From Catajapyx aquilonaris (lineage: Eukaryota), in the NCBI GenBank assembly GCA_000934665.2, contig JYFJ02001450.1, positions 1 to 64,000 of the forward strand: DNA of 64,000 bases. The letters run 5' to 3'. This document shows positions 13,620-29,198 of this stretch, piece by piece (the stretch's first letter is position 1; the number at the start of each line of letters is the position of its first letter). The translations under genes were made by a program, and so were the position numbers. The notes under the pieces were generated by a model, which saw only the letters and a program-made list of their open reading frames with translations, was not told the origin of the DNA and did not search any database.

Positions 13620-16600
13620 GGTCGGCCTAATTAACATCGAGAAAAATAACGCCTTTTGATAATTAATTTGGTACAGTCCGACATGCACGTGTACTGACGC
13701 ACACCGTTGTTGTACAGTGTGCCAGTGTTGTTATGAGTGTGCTGCAAACCACTTGTTTCTGTTTCTTACGCAATCAGATATTACATACGGTATGATAATA
13801 CAAAATGTTGCTTAAGCTGGATAATTTCACACGGGCAAAGGGTCGTCTGTAAATTACGTAGAAAGGGAAGGGGGAGTAGTCCTTGACTCTGCATGACTTT
13901 CCATCAGGAGAGAGAAGGAGAAAGATTACAATAATTATTGAGTACGCGAACATGAGTGGCCCGAGATCGTCAGAGACGTGGTTCTCTACGGATATTTGTA
14001 CCCATGCAAAGCCATGACGACATGAGAAGATAAGAGGGATAGAAAAAATATGAGATGACACGTAATAAAAATGGAAGACCTCTTTTCAAAAACGCAATAT
14101 GAGTGTTTTGAAAATGTAATTCATATAACAATCGCTACAGCTCGTCCTTCTATTTAAGATGACCTCCTAATCCTATTTTTTTGACAAATATATTGCCTTT
14201 TTGAAAAGTAGTATTTAATTTTTCAAACACTGACTCATATGCTTTTAAATATGTGTAAGTCGTTTCAATTCAAAAAGTTGGGTTTCCTGTCTTGAAAAGG
14301 TCAGGGGCAAGGTCATAAAATGATTGGGGTGTCGGAGGAGGGAAGGTGTCACGCACTGTATAGGAGTACCTACAATGTTGGAAGAGTTGAAAGCAGTTTT
14401 ATTACTGTACGTCTAACGAATGGTCCTTCCAGAAAGTAGCTAGTACAGTACAGTATAAAATAGGATGCTGAGATAATGATGCAGGATGTGAAAGTTTTTT
14501 TCCCCAAGCATTGACAGTAACTATAGCTCGATGAGTAGCAGGTTGGAATATAATATGCAGCTGGAGCGTTTCATATTGTACATGGTGAGTGATAACTCCA
14601 CGATATTCAGGCGCACCAGTGAAGTTCTGACTCACCCTCCCATCAGCATAAATGACAGTCCATATTCACTGCTTTATTTTAATGGCATCTTCTCACTGAA
14701 ACGTGATCATCCTTAGGGTGATAAGATGAAGATTTGTAGTTGTCAAGGGTGGCACATGGTAATTTCAGTGCCGCACTTTCTGTCAGGTGCAAGGCATGAT
14801 CACTCAGCATCTTCGCGAGAACTGAAGTATGACTAATGTATGAAGAGGAATGCTCTCATACAGCAGCTGAGGTTACCGTCCTGCATAGATGGATTTTGCC
14901 CGGAGCGAGTGTCACTTTTACTGAGGGCATATTGTTGTGGTGTATTTTAATTAGTTACTGCAAGGCGACAGTAAAAAGTCTGATTAAACGGCAAGTATGC
15001 ATTATTTTAAAATTTGAATAGAATAATCACACCTGGTTTCCAGTCATGTATTTGTATTGCTTCTTTTTGTATCCTAAGACTATATTATACGCAACCAATG
15101 CTAATGTTTAATAAATCACTTAAAATTTAAACAGATTATGTGAAACTCATTTTTCTAAAGCAACAATTTGTTATAAATCTCGCTTTCAAAGTACTGTAGT
15201 TTGTGGCAATATCAATTTTTAAATGTATAAAGTTCGTAGAGCAATGAATATTACCGGTATGTGATACACTCCTCCAACTATTGTTACTATCTACAAAGCA
15301 TGCGTCCACTAATCGTGACGTAGCTAAAAGCGTCCTTTCGAGTGTCCGTTACTTGTTGCATTGTTTCAGAAGCCTCTGCGTGGGGGTGACCAAAGTTCCC
15401 AATTTCTTTACCCTCTGATAGCAAGAGATCTTGCCGGCTGCATTGGATGTCAATCACCTGCACCGACCTTGCGTATCCATCAAGACCTTGAACCTCAAGA
15501 AATTCACGATCCTTCAAAGCAGCACTCCCATCATCTTAGGATGCTGATTGATTGGGATATATCATTTCCCACTTTAATCTAGCCTTATCGAAGGATCTGC
15601 TTGTGTTAAAAATTCCTTCGACAGACTTTAAATACTGCCAAGAGAGCAATATTGTGACCCGATTGTCTCGCAACAGCTCATGTGCTAAGACGTCTAGTAG
15701 AATAACCTGTACTCATGTACACGCTATAATCAGTGCCAGAACCATTTTAATCGTTTACTACAATAATCAATTAAAATACGTAGATTATGTCAATGAGAAT
15801 ATTCATCTGAAGAGCCTAGCGTGTTTTACTCGTATTAATACTGTATGAGTCTGTAAAAACATCAAGGCTCTTCAGTCGCCGTAACAGTGTTACACGATAT
15901 TCCATTTCTTAATTCGTAATTGAAAGAGAAATGTATTGTATAACTTCTGTAATCTGGCGAGATAAATAGTGATTCAGCAAGATCTTTCAACATATTATTA
16001 TTGGCGAAGGCTGTCTTCTGACGACACCTCTCGTAAATGGATTTCAGTTTTTCACATATTTGATTTAGACGTAGCCTTACGTAATCTTGCACCCTCTCAT
16101 AAACTGCGATTATCATAAATGTTTATGGGATGACACTTACTGGAAAAATTAACATGGTTTTCCTATTCTTTAACAGTAGCCTAATATCACTTCGAATTTT
16201 CACTTTTAATACCATATTGTATATGCATAGAGTGTCAAAATATTCCCTATAATTTATCTGTCGTAGGAGAATTTTTATCCCCCTAAGAATATGTTGCATA
16301 GGCCAGGAGAGGCCAAGAGTCACGCAATCTCGGGAAATACTAAGTTACTGCCAATTTTTGACGCTCTCGTTTTGATGAGCATGCTGTAATAGGATATTAG
16401 TCATCAGTTTCGTGACGCGAGTAGCTCCTACACGCTTACAATATTCGGTTTAGCATGATGGGATAACTTGGATAAACCAGGTGTAACACTACTTAGTAGC
16501 ACGTTACATTATTTTGGAATGTTTTTACACTTATGGGTAAGTCTTCTATCATCCCCACTTTTCCACAAATTAATTTCCTGCATTTCAGTTAATTTCTTTG

Positions 16601-19600
16601 AGGTACCGTATAGGATTTTCCATAAGTGTAACTGCAAATTTTCTTTCTCAATGAAAATAAAATATAGTCTACATGTAAGATACTTTAAGTTATTGCGAGG
16701 ACTGTAATTTTTAACGCACCTGATTCTCTGCATTGCTTAATGTAACGTAACGAGACATGTTTGAAGCCTCATTCACATATCAAACTCTACCTAACGTGAA
16801 AGTTCATGCCCGTCATGGATCGAGCGACTACTTTCAATGACTTTCAAGCCACCAATAGTGAATGCTTTGTTAATATTGTTACTGAAAATAGTAGCGATAG
16901 CGCCATTTTACGTGACATCCAAGGGGAATATATATTTATATTTAAAATTTTATGCAGGCACCATAATTATTATCCAAATCCGTTTTTTTTCATTGTATGG
17001 AATTTAGGAAATAACTTATCAAAATTGTATTGTCCGATATTGCTGAATGTATCTTTTTCATGTAATATGTGCCGTCGAAATAAGTTAGTTTACCCTACTG
17101 AAATTTTCGATTTAAATGGTACAGTAATATAATTTTATTGTTTGCTTTACCGAGAAACTTTCTCGAACCCACCAGGTTTGCTTGTGGATGTCGCATTTTA
17201 CAGTATGTAGGTCTGCAGTAGGCTATTATTTTGCAGACGGTATGTACCAAGGAGTCAAATGTTGCATACACTGGTACCGACCGAATGTATGTTATTATCG
17301 ACGTGAACGTGACACCAAGCAGGACTGATTTCGACATCATCAATACCACTAGAAACACCACTATATGGCGCAATGAAGGTTGACTTGCTGACCGCACTCT
17401 CAGTCTCGTTTTATTTTTTTGTCATGTAAAATCAGGTTGTTCCAGCCTCAAATCAGTTATACGCTTGTTGGTATGTATGGGTCAATGATATGTACAGTAC
17501 CTGCCTGATTCCCATGTACAGTACATGCAGTATTAATGAGGGCTCTTTATACTGGGGACATAAACTAATTAAATTATCAACGTTGGTCATAAAAATTGTG
17601 AGAAGTGAAATAAGTAAAATATCTTTTAAAGCTTTCATGCCAAACATATCCTTTCATTCGATAAACCATCATACTTCGAGTTATTAGTGACGGTTTTTTT
17701 CAACAATCTAGAGCTTATGTTATATTATAGACGAGTAGCATTTTACCCCAAGACAGCAGCACAACAACCCTTCAGGATGGTACTGATCATGACTCCATTA
17801 TAATTATTCAATTATTTTTAACGAGGATCCGTACTATTTGTTCCACATTCCCTAATGCATCCACATAATTCCAGTCATTTATACACCACAATGCTGGAAT
17901 TAATCGATATTTGAAGACATTGCGTGACGCTGGATCGTCTCATGCAATGTTGTTGTGATGCGTGGTTTTCATAGTCATCCAGCGTGAAGCGAATCATTAC
18001 GCATATATTAAAAACTCACATTATCCGATTTGTCTTCCTTTACGCGTCACATTCTGTTGCATAGAATCGTGCTGCAGTTTGTGCGCGGTTCGGCAGAAAA
18101 ATTTCATATTCCTTCTGCGTCAAAGCGCAATTCAAGATATGTAATTTGAAAGTAGTTATTGCATAACTGCTTGCGTCAGTGGGCAGTCAAAACTGCCTAG
18201 TTCCTGCACTTTTCATATGAACTTTAGAACAACTCATCTCAAGGTTGCGTCCCAACGGGCCAATCCCGATGAAGTCAAAAGACTGGTAATTTCTTTGATG
18301 TCATACAGAGCGACATCGTAGGTAGCACATGATGGATGCGATTCTCCGCTTTACTTTCCCGAGTAATAATAATTCTTTTTTATTAGGTTGTTATGTTATG
18401 AAGGACACGCAATAAAATATAATTTCTGCTTGCATGAACTGGTTACTGGGAGAATCCCTTCATTCCCTTGCACTTCCACCTCAGTGAACAACTGTAAGTT
18501 CTACTTCCATCTTGCATGGCCACTTCCCCAAAATTGTGCCACGAGGTTGCCCTAGGTCCTGGTTTTCGCATTACCTGTAGACTCTCTACCTAGGAGTCAG
18601 ATTAGGAAATTTATGACTAACCAGAACCTAGGTCATGGTCCAGGAGAGCCCATCAGAGACCGTTATGCGATCGTCACATTGGAAAGTTGCACGTTCTCGC
18701 TCCCCACTTTTAATGTAAGCTTCACCTGTCAAGCATGACATTATCTATGTGCGATGGCCCTCGATATGGGACTTCTTCGGGGGCATATATGAATGACCCT
18801 TTGTTCATAAAAAATGGCTCTTATTATTCATTGTTTTTTATGTACAGGGCCTGTGCACGGTGGTGAATATCTATTTTCATTGCCATTTTCAACCAGGAGT
18901 CAACAACAACAAATTACCACATGCAGAATTAGCTACCAGATTTCGATAAGCAGAATATTCGCATTAAACATTTCTGCATGACTTCAGCTGCATGTTTTTA
19001 TTGCCATTAGGGCATTAGAACTGAGTAGGAAACTACTTACAATAGTGAACATGCGTCATACAGTAATGAAAAATATACTTTTGCGAATTTACATATAATT
19101 ACATGAATTAAACAGCCTTTCCATGGGAGAGCTTTGGTTGCTGGTTGCAACGTCCATATGTAAGAACGAGCTTCTTTGTTTGAGAACGAGCTTGTTTGTG
19201 AGGCAGTATGTGTTGCGTGGCTCTTCAGAATTAGTGTGCAAGCTTTGGGTTGTCACGCCAATTCAGACTTATTTTTGTAAAAGCTAGAATAATATTCACG
19301 GCCAAGTGGCAATTATTCAGGTTCATGGGAATTCACGATGCTCCCCGTGAGTTTCCAAATCGTGAATGGAAGAACTCCACATTTTGTGCGCTTTAGCAAG
19401 AAACTCATAAAATTAAGAGTCACAGAACCGTGACTAGGTGACGCCAACACTTGACCAGCCAATAGCCACGTTTAGTTTTTTAGAGACGAAAATTTTCTCC
19501 CGCCAAAAAATAACGGCATTAAGCTGTCCTTCTAAGCTGTCTTTCTTCAAGCTTAAGAGCCAATGGCAGGTATGATAGGACAGGCTAGATGGCCACGAAG

Positions 19601-20026
19601 GCGGGGTAAACCCTAATACGTGTGTGACTCTTCAGGAAACTATCTGGGGGAACAAGCACTACTACTGCAAAAACGAGTAGGCCTACGTGGGTGTGGGAGG
19701 GAAAACAGCGCAGCATAATTATGAGGGAGGTGGGAGAGGGGGGAGGGTTGGAAAATATATGGCGAATCCTGGGCCTTCTTTCAGGCGGCGCTAAAATTCT
19801 TTTGAGTGAATAAGCTGGATGCTTACATGGTCGAGTGTAACCGGTTTGCATAGGTTTCGAGGGTGCCAGTCTGCGGCCGCTGGACCCAGAAGTTGCATGC
19901 GTATCATTAGACGCTCTTTGGGATTACGTAGTGCGGATGAGGGACTGCTGAATAGCGGTGCATACATTGCTCCAACAAAAAGTGATAATATACATATAGT
20001 GAGGTCGACTAGTGTGAGTGCTAACA

Positions 20027-22261
20027 ATGGCCAGCACTAAAGTGCCCGTAATGAAATATTTGGATGAGGCGATGTACTACATCTTCCAACAGGATGCAGG
20101 TGAGTGCACCTTGAACGACTGTTTGTGCAGTTGAGAGTGTAGCAAACAACGACGGAGAAATATCTATCTACAAAAATAATAATATAAGTAACTGTACATT
20201 TTAGGTTATCCTATTCCAATTCTGGATTTTTAAAATAAAATAGTGTCAAATATATTTTTGCGACATGACCTACCCGATTTTCTGCATTTCCTGGAACGTG
20301 TCAACAGATCATATAATTTCAATTTGTGCTGATTTCATTTTCTTTGCGCTTTAACTTCAGATCCCAGAACCACCAATTGGTTGCTTATGGAATCGCCATT
20401 TCCAACAATTTTCATATGCTTTGCTTACTTGGTATCTATGATGTGGGTTGGGCCATGGTTCATGAAGGGAAGGAAGCCCATGAAGGTCAAGTGGGCTATG
20501 ATGATCTACAATGCTTTTCAAGTCGTGTTCAATCTGTGGATATCAGGCATGGTAAGCCAGCTCAATTCTATTCTTCAGCTAATTGATTAATGTCCCCCTT
20601 TCTCGTGTGTTCCAGATCATTTATGGTTTCATTGTGAACAAGTACAGTCTAGTTTGTCAACCTGTCGACAAGTCAACAAGCCCAAATTCCATGCTGGTAA
20701 AAAAACCTAATGGTAATGGTTATGTGGAGAGAATTTAACGAGTCCTGTTTTTGGCATTTTTGCAGATCATAAGAGCGGCATGGTGGTTCTACTTTTCAAA
20801 GTATATCGACTTCTTTGACACAGTGAGTAACATATTTTAAATAGAGTGGCCATTGGCCTTCAACATTATTTTCTTTTTCTGCAGTTGTTTATGGTACTCA
20901 GGAAGAGGTACGAACAGCTGACGATCCTTCATATGGGCCATCACGGAGTGATTGCCTTTCCCGCCTGGTACACGATTAAGTTTATTCCAGGTGAGCTAAG
21001 TTTTTGCACTTGGCTGAACGCACTGTTTTTGCCGCATTTTTTGTGTGCAATTGACTCTATTCCCGTGTGCACCTTTTTTTACAGGTGGAAATCTCACCCT
21101 CTTGGGGCTTCAGAATTCTTCTATTCACGTCATCATGTACTTTTATTACTTCATGGCCGGTATGGGACCTCGATTTCAAAAGTACCTGTGGTGGAAGAAA
21201 TACTTAACCATCATTCAGATTGTAAGTTGAACCCATTCATTGCGTAATTGATAATTTATTCATCATTTTAAAACAAATTCCCACAGTAACAATACAGACA
21301 TTGGCTAAGAATGTGAGGTAAAGTGTACGCCCAGCTTCATACTTGCACCATTTTAATAGCGATGAAAAACAACAGTAAAAAAGCACTCGATGAGAACTAC
21401 TCATCTCATATCAGCTAATCGCATGATGAAAACTTCCTTCCTTCACTCGAGTTGTTCTTGAATAGTAATGGCGTGACTGCCTTTTCGCAATGGGGGACAT
21501 TGTGCACCCACGAAATTGCAAGTGGGAAAAGGCCTCATTTCGATGCGATCATCAAAGAAAGAATCCCACATGCGGGATGAACTAATGAAAGGGGGGAAAG
21601 TACGGCGGTAATTACATGTCATGCAATTATCCATATGCAGGGACAGTTCATCTTTTTGTTGGCCCATCAATGCCAGCTATTTTTCATCGAATGTGATTAC
21701 CCGGCATTCCCGAGGTACTGGGCACTCTTCTTCGGACCTCTGCTCATCGTCTTCTTCTACAATTTCTACGTGGAGTCCTACATCAACAGGGTGAGGAATA
21801 GCTTAGAGTCACGTTTTTTTCCCCTTCCTGGTACCGTACCGTTACGGGGTGTCACATAATTAATCACTTGCAGGGAATCAACAAGAGGACGATCACGCAG
21901 CATCTGGCTGCTGCCATTCCTTGCCACAACATGCAGGGACTCAACGATGATGACAAGATGGTAAGGCACATTATAAAAATATTACTCGGTAGAGCTGAGA
22001 ATAATATTAACATTAAAAAACTGTTAATTGAGTTAAATGTTGGACATATTTATATGGTACTCAGTTTGAGTGAAACCATATAATTACGAGCAAATTGTTT
22101 TCAATTCAACATGCTGTCATTGAGCTCAATTAATTTTTTATTCCCAGGAGGGAGATACTAACGAGGACTTGACCAAACAAAAAAGCCAGTTCCACACCCT
22201 GTTGCGACAATATAGTACCAGGCCGTACCCAGGGGCCAAACGAGCTGGAGGTGAACAGTGA
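20027..22261 (+). CDS. ELOVL: ELOVL fatty-acid elongase paralogue 2 (~331 aa, 9 coding exons)
   Basis: Exons 20027-20099, 20361-20551, 20616-20696, 20766-20822, 20885-20990, 21085-21221, 21641-21790, 21874-21960, 22148-22261 splice to an open frame. Motifs: DPRT..W, YNAFQV, CQPVD, KYIDFFDT, LRKR..Q, HMGHH, NSSIHVIMYFYY, KYLWWKKYLTIIQ. Confidence 0.95.
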
Positions 22262-25200
22262 CCAGTTTTTAATTATAATATGTGTCCTTTAATATGAGGT
22301 CACATGAGCAATACAAAAGGTGTCGCATCGGTTATGTTTTAACTAGTTTCTGAGGTTTTAACTCGGTGCTGTACACAACGGGTTTTTCTGTAATCTTATA
22401 ATAAAACACACGTAAGGTTCAAGGACACTTGTTTGGTTCCTCGAGCGCAATTGACCCACATATAAGACCAGGTTAGTGCTGTCAGTCCGTGCAGAGTCAT
22501 TGACCACGAAACCTATGGGGACAGGTACACACTTCCGTGTAAACTAGTTGGGTTGCCCCCATTTTCTCATCTCCTCTTCTCTCTAACCTGACTTCAATAT
22601 CCTCCTTACGGGATGTATGTCAAGAGAGGTCACAACCAACCAGTTGAAAGCGCAACTGCCCTCCGGTCAGGATCTTGTTTACGCCTCTCTTTTTTGCTAT
22701 TTCCCTTCTCACACATGCGACGGTAATATCGTCTCATTTCCACCGGGTGTCTTTATAAGCATAAAAAAGACGGAAGGGATGGTACTCATCCTTGAGAATC
22801 GGGCTTTATCACGTTGCACGTCATGGATCGCCGTATTGTAAAAACCCAGTCCGTAATGCTTCATTGCATGACGCTCGTTACTGTACACACTCTTGCATTG
22901 CGTGAGTTCTCACGCACCGGTACGTTGCAATTGGGAATCTTACGCAGTGATGGAACATTATTTTGGCATTGCATGGCTTCTGGTCGATGGGAATGATTCT
23001 CAGGGGAGTAATATATTGGAGTTGAGCCTACCTTTGTAATTACGTGATGATTTTTTAATTATATACGTCTTGTTCGGGGAAAGAAAATGTTTCCTCAACA
23101 TTACGTCAGCAATGGGCTAGTGTAATTTTACCCGTCTAATTACTGTTAATGCCGGTATTTCGAGGCATGATATTGCTCTGATGGGAATGTGATATTTTGA
23201 AAAATCCAATGCAATGTACAGTATGTGGGGAGAGGAGATGCAGATGTTTCACATGTTGAAAATGAAGAGAAAATTCCGTGTTACTATGAACATTAAAAAA
23301 AACATGTTTACTACAAAACTGCATGCATTATTTTCTTTCCCATACATGATCTTCACGGCCTTGCCATGTTTTATGGCATGCTTTAATTCGCAGCCTTCAA
23401 CACCGGTGAGCATCCCCCGTTAACAATAATTCTTTATTACGTGCCCAGGAATTCGTCTCCCTGAGCCGGCCGCGTCATAAGCCCAATGGGTAGTGCCTCA
23501 CATTGACACCAAGGTGAAAACAATATCTCGCAAAATTACGTGCTAATATCAGTGGAACGGTTTTATATGCACTCCTTGGATCTTGCTCTTAGGTACCGTT
23601 TTGATTATTTATTGTTAATGCAATCTTACCTGACGACTTTTTATATCAGCACATTGCTTTTCCCGTAAGCACCGATGTGAAAGCAATATCTAGGTGATAA
23701 ATGCACCGATTTTTACCAAAACAGGTGTGTCACAAAGCTTGGAAAAATGTCCAGGTACATTGTAAAAGTTTTACTTAAAACAATGTCGAAATGACTCAGA
23801 AAATACTAACCAATAAATCAAAGTGTAGGAATTCCTTTCTTTGCACATTTTCTTCATATTATGGTCTTAAACGTTTATTAGGTAGGCCTACTAGATGTAA
23901 GTAAAATAATATTATTCGGTATTCAAAAAACTATTACCGTATATCTAATATATTTTGCAATGAAATGTCTAAAGCGAGACTCAGTTTGTTCATGCAATAG
24001 CCAATAGGTACCATATGCAGCTTGCAAAAAATAGCCTGAAGAAGTTACCGTCCTACCGGAGTATGATGAATTATACAGTGTAACTTCTCTTTTGGGAACA
24101 TAATTCCGTAAGGAACCATACAATTATTTAATTAATGACATTTACAAACCTGCATAACATGGAATAACGTTACTATATAATATTCATCTGGCTTTCTTAC
24201 CAAATTAAATATTAACATTTTAGATTACAGCATAATATGCATGTTTTTCACCGACACCCCTGATATCCTCGTTTTCTGCACATTCTATCCTACTCTACGT
24301 ATTTATAGCTTATTTATGAGCAAATGTACGTAACACACCTTTGGAGATTATTACTTCATAATTCAATTTTTTTAGAGAATAACTAGTCGGCGACATATAG
24401 GCATTATTATACTGTACGTTACCCTTCACAATCTCAGCGTTATAGAACATTCAGCATGTTTTTAAATGTTGAAGAGGATATGGTTCATTAAGTATGCTTG
24501 TGCTGTCCACAACAGGGAAAACTCCCACGATCACAGTATTAATGCAGGTGATTCATAAGTCCCTTGGTCACATCCCGTAAATACACTTTCACTTTATGTA
24601 AATGGTGAAATTAGCCTATAATGACATTTTTTTCCTTTCACACCATAGGAATTTATTAATAGATATTTTTATTACGGTTTAAGTTAACCCCCTACGCCTA
24701 AAACGCTGCGTTGATCTGTGTACAGGGAGAAAAAGACAACATGTTTTGAAGATGAAAGTGCCAGGGTCATTCTCTATTATGTAACAAAATATGCTGCGAC
24801 AATAGGACACAATCTTGACGTGGTGCCGCCAACCACAATGACAGCATAATTAATGCAACATGCATCAAAGTTGATAAGAATTACCCTTGACATAGACTCC
24901 AGACTTTCAAAGGTCATGATCGCAGTCGTGTGACAATCTCACTGTAATTAGAAAGGATTTTTCACGCACAATATTTTACCCAGGTTCGGACAATGAATGA
25001 ATGGGGGCAACGTAGGCAAAATCTGAGAAATGTAATCGTTTTCATTGCGTAACGTGTCTGGGAGTAGCGGTTCATAACGTTTTCGTGCGACCAATCAAGT
25101 TCACGTTCTGCACGACAGTTAGATTTGGGGCCTTAGGATATGCACAAGTACTCATCATCTCCCAACAAAATATAGGCGACGAAGCTAATGACCTGGGAGG

Positions 25201-25604
25201 ATTAGTTTGCTCATTATCCCTCACAAAAGCTTTGAAGTTGGAAAGAAAAACATGCTGAGAAAAACCTAACCTATGTATTTAAATACAGTATTTACAAATT
25301 TGAACGCGAATTATACATGAGAGCAACTGCAACTTAAAATGTTGCAAGTACTCTATATCCGGAAGAAACTACTAATTTTTGCGGGAAAATCCTGTCGTAA
25401 TGAATAATAGTGGTTATCGATAGATGTGAATCACTTTGGTCTAGCGAAGGCTGGAACATGATTTCTGTCTTTGAATTTTTACCACTGACATGGACTTATG
25501 CTGACTAATGCGATAATGCAAGTTTTTCATAATTCAGTAGTTGGTTTTAGTGACACATTAGAGATGCGTCTAATTGCGTGCGTCTTCTATATAACAGTAA
25601 CATT

Positions 25605-26502
25605 ACTTACCCATCCCCAGTGTAGTTCGTCCACCTCCAAAAAATTGAGTGGTGTGGTAATAAACAAAATATGATCAAAAATCACCGTTAAGATTATCTG
25701 GACTTTAGAAGATATAATAATGAAGCGTAACCAATAGAGTTAGGCGGACACCAAAGTTTAAGTTGATTTGACAGTATTAACAACTGAAATAAATATGATT
25801 ACACCTTGAACTGTGACTTCCTGTGGGGTATGGTAAAAATTGCTGTCGTTTATATGTTACTTAGCATGACGTTAATTTTAATAATTAACCAAAGGGGGCA
25901 CACAAACCCGACGATAGTATTAAAATTAATTACAAAAAATCTAACGCAGAATTAAAAAATATGATGGCTCACGGACTTTTTCTGAATTTGCTACACGTTC
26001 GTGTAAAACATTTAACGGTGTTATTTATAAATAAATAGAAAGGTGACAACATTGTCTATTTAGAACTCATTTAACATGAAATGGTTTTTAAAATTCTTGC
26101 ATTACAAATGCACAGAAAATTTGACATCTGCAAGCCGCGATAAACATTTTAAAATTCCGTGATAGATTTTTTTATATTTTAATGCTGTCTTAGGATTTGT
26201 GTGGCCCGTCAGGTTCATTTTAAAAATTAATGTCCTGCTAAGTAACATGCGAACGTAGTGGCATCAATATTTACCAGACCCCACGGAAATTCTCTGTCCA
26301 AGGTGTAATCATACTTATTTCAGTTGTTAACTGTCAAATCAACTTAAACTTTAAGTGTCCTCCTAACTCCAATGTTACAATTCATAATTATTCATTCTAA
26401 AGTCCAGATTATCATAATGGAGCTTTTGTATCACATTTTGTTTATTACCCCCACCACTCCACTTTTTGGGGGTGGGCGAACTACACTGAGGTTGGGCAAG
26501 TA
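25605..26502. mobile_element. Old DNA-transposon/fold-back element with ~320-bp diverged TIRs
   Basis: 25605-25925 aligns in reverse complement to about 26175-26502 (e.g. CAGTGTAGTTCG / CGAACTACACTG; AAAGTTTAAGTTGATTTGACAG / CTGTCAAATCAACTTAAACTTT). Confidence 0.8.
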
Positions 26503-26563
26503 TTACCTGTTCAAGGATGCGCAATCAAGAATATTATAGTATTCTATTACGCAAGAGGCGACA

Positions 26564-26870
26564 TCTCTTCTCTATCTCTATAAATAAGGAAGTTTGTCAA
26601 TTTGTTTGTTTGTTTGTCCCTTATAGAAATCCGGGGGAAGGCCCATACACCGCCTTAAATTAGCATATCGGGAGTTACATTTTTCAAGGAATTTAATGCC
26701 GCATGTTTCAGCTTCCGAAAATGTACCTAACACCCATAACACGCATATTCCCAATTAACCAATTGTCAATTACCTATTTAACAATATTCATAGATTTCCA
26801 TGGTAATGCCCTCATTACATTGTAGGCCTACCACCATAACTTACCCGGGCAACGCCGGGTAACCTGCTAG
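26564..26870 (+). mobile_element. Non-autonomous Helitron (~307 bp)
   Basis: Starts A|TC with TCTATCTCTATAAATAA and contains an internal (TTTG)n. It has a 3' hairpin TTACCCGG-GCAACG-CCGGGTAA (26841-26862), ends CTAG|T and has no TSD. Confidence 0.85.
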
Positions 26871-28427
26871 TACGGTATATATACGTAGCACGTGTGGTTG
26901 GGATGTAGAACCGGCAGGTTTACATAATTATTTATCTGTAGGCTACACGAAGAAACTACAGTATAAAAATTAATTATCTTGAAAATAAGTGAAATGAAAA
27001 AGTACGGTAGTTTTGCATTGCTGCTTTATTGCTTTATTGCGAAAGGAAGTGCGCACTTTTGCTTTTTGATGTACAGTAAAGTTTGCCTACCTTCGAAAAC
27101 TGCGACCTTGTGAAAATCATAAACAACATCTCAACATTTTCACGGATGGTGGAATTTTGCACGTGAGAGGCCACATTAGTCTGTGCAACAAAAGCTAACT
27201 GATAATAATGATAATAATCATCTATGGACTACGGGAACTGATTACACTTGCAAATCTCAAGACTGTGAGGATAATTGGAAAACTCCTGAATTATTGGCGA
27301 TCGACCTTGAAATTATCAAGTGTCGGATAACACGTTTCGAACACTATTGGTATTATTTTATGATGTAACATAATAATTACTCTGCACAATTTAAAAAGGA
27401 CGTTTCTACTTTTATCCGATTTGCGTTTGTAAGTGAGCAAAAAGTTCAAGTTTCAATAATTTATTAACCTTTCGTCACCTTTTTCCAAACTAGGAAGCTT
27501 TAATGGCCTTAATGTACTGTACTTGTACTTTAGAGTTAATGTCACATTTTTATCGGCACAAATATCCAAATATAGCGTTTACGTCCCACAATTCTGCTGG
27601 CACCTGAGGATGAGGAAAAGGAGAAAGAAAATAGAGAACGTGCTAGATTTGAGGTTCTACTCACCGATCATTGTCTTCATTTTGAATCATGAACAAACTC
27701 TTCTGCTTACAGGATGTTTATTATCTTTGGTGACTTTTTAAGAATATACCTGATATTTTTCCGTCTATCATTGGTTACATAATATATTATTGGTGTTCTT
27801 TAATTAGGGTTTTTCCCTTTTTATGTAAGAGATGAAGGCTACTTTTTTGAGAACATTATGTAAATATTAAGTGTGAATCATATCTAATTATGAATTCTGC
27901 TGATACATATTTCTTTGTAATTTTCATTGTTTTATGGATGTTCCTCTTTTTGGAATGTTGTTATGCGACGATGTATGGTGCTGTATTGATGTATAGTGAT
28001 GATGAGATGGTGCTTGAATGGTGTTAGATTGGTATTTATCATTGAAGCTGGAGGTATAGGGAAGCTATTTGGTGAATGCTACGAGTAAGTTTTACGAATG
28101 TTTTGTTTTAATGCATGATTTTCATGTGCAGATATTTCTCAAGTTGGCACGCACATTCCTAGGAAAGATAAAAATAGGATGAAGTTTCAGATAAAAGGTA
28201 AAGAAATGTCAGTAAATAAAGAAATAAGAAAATTCAAAGACCTCAGGAATATCCAACTACTTGTCGAAGAAGAGTCCGCTACATTTGAACCAATACGGAT
28301 ATTGGGCTCAATATTACGGAACTCATGGTTTACTGTAGTTTTTAACATGAAAGAATATTAATTACCCAATTTTATGTCGCATGGGTACCAAAATAGGAAT
28401 GTCTTTTCTACTTCTCTGGCGCTTCAT

Positions 28428-28450
28428 TCCTCCTCCTCCTCCTCCTCCTC

Positions 28451-28545
<95 letters not shown>

Positions 28546-28557
28546 TGTTGTTGTTGT
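28428..28557. repeat. Compound microsatellite (TCC)n(TAA)n(TGT)n
   Basis: Read directly from the sequence. Confidence 0.95.
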
Positions 28558-28988
28558 TTTTGGATTTTTCATCATCATCCAGTAGGCCTCCGACAATCAT
28601 GCAATTCCAGATGAAATTGATTTTCACTGTTGAAATACTATTTCGAGGTCACTATAGCTAAAATACTGGAATTATGTTAATTATTTAGTTTAATTAATTC
28701 CTGGACTGTGTACTGCAGTTGGGCCCTTCCTGCATCCTTTAATTTTTATTACACGCTTTATTAATATATTACTAAAGAATGATAGTTGGAAAGAAATATT
28801 ACTAATTTTAGAACCAATAATAACATTAAGGAACAAAATTGAACTTTTTTTGGCCCATGAGCATGAATGTGCGATTCCTATTGTATCTTTTTTCGCTGAT
28901 TTCAAATACGTTAACGAAAATCTTCTCTTATGCACATAATTTGAGTAATCAGCATTTTATGGTAGCAATGAACTTCCTTCAATGTATG

Positions 28989-29198
28989 CAGGGTGTTTCA
29001 ACATTGTTGTCCGAACAGTTACCGGAAATATTGCACTAAGCTGCTACTTTGTAAGCAATGTATGCCACTTCAACCTAAGATTCGCGGGGAATGTTTCCCA
29101 TTCCTACGACAAACCGAATGCAAGTCACTGATTACAAAGTAACAGCTTATAGTGCAATATTTACGATAACTGTTCGAACAAAAAGTTGAAACACCCTG
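28989..29198. mobile_element. Tc1/mariner-type MITE with CAGGGTGTTTC termini
   Basis: TIRs of about 70 bp, CAGGGTGTTTCAAC... / ...GTTGAAACACCCTG. The TA TSD is degraded. Confidence 0.8.

Noticed and set aside
15287..15700. Possible LTR integrase remnant
   Set aside because: The motif similarity is too weak to support.
27600..28420. Strand-skewed stretch next to a microsatellite, possibly an old retroelement
   Set aside because: No RT or endonuclease motif was recoverable by eye.
28381..28627. Poly-N, poly-I and poly-Y ORFs (also the poly-L/I ORF at 13449-13634)
   Set aside because: They are translations of trinucleotide microsatellites.
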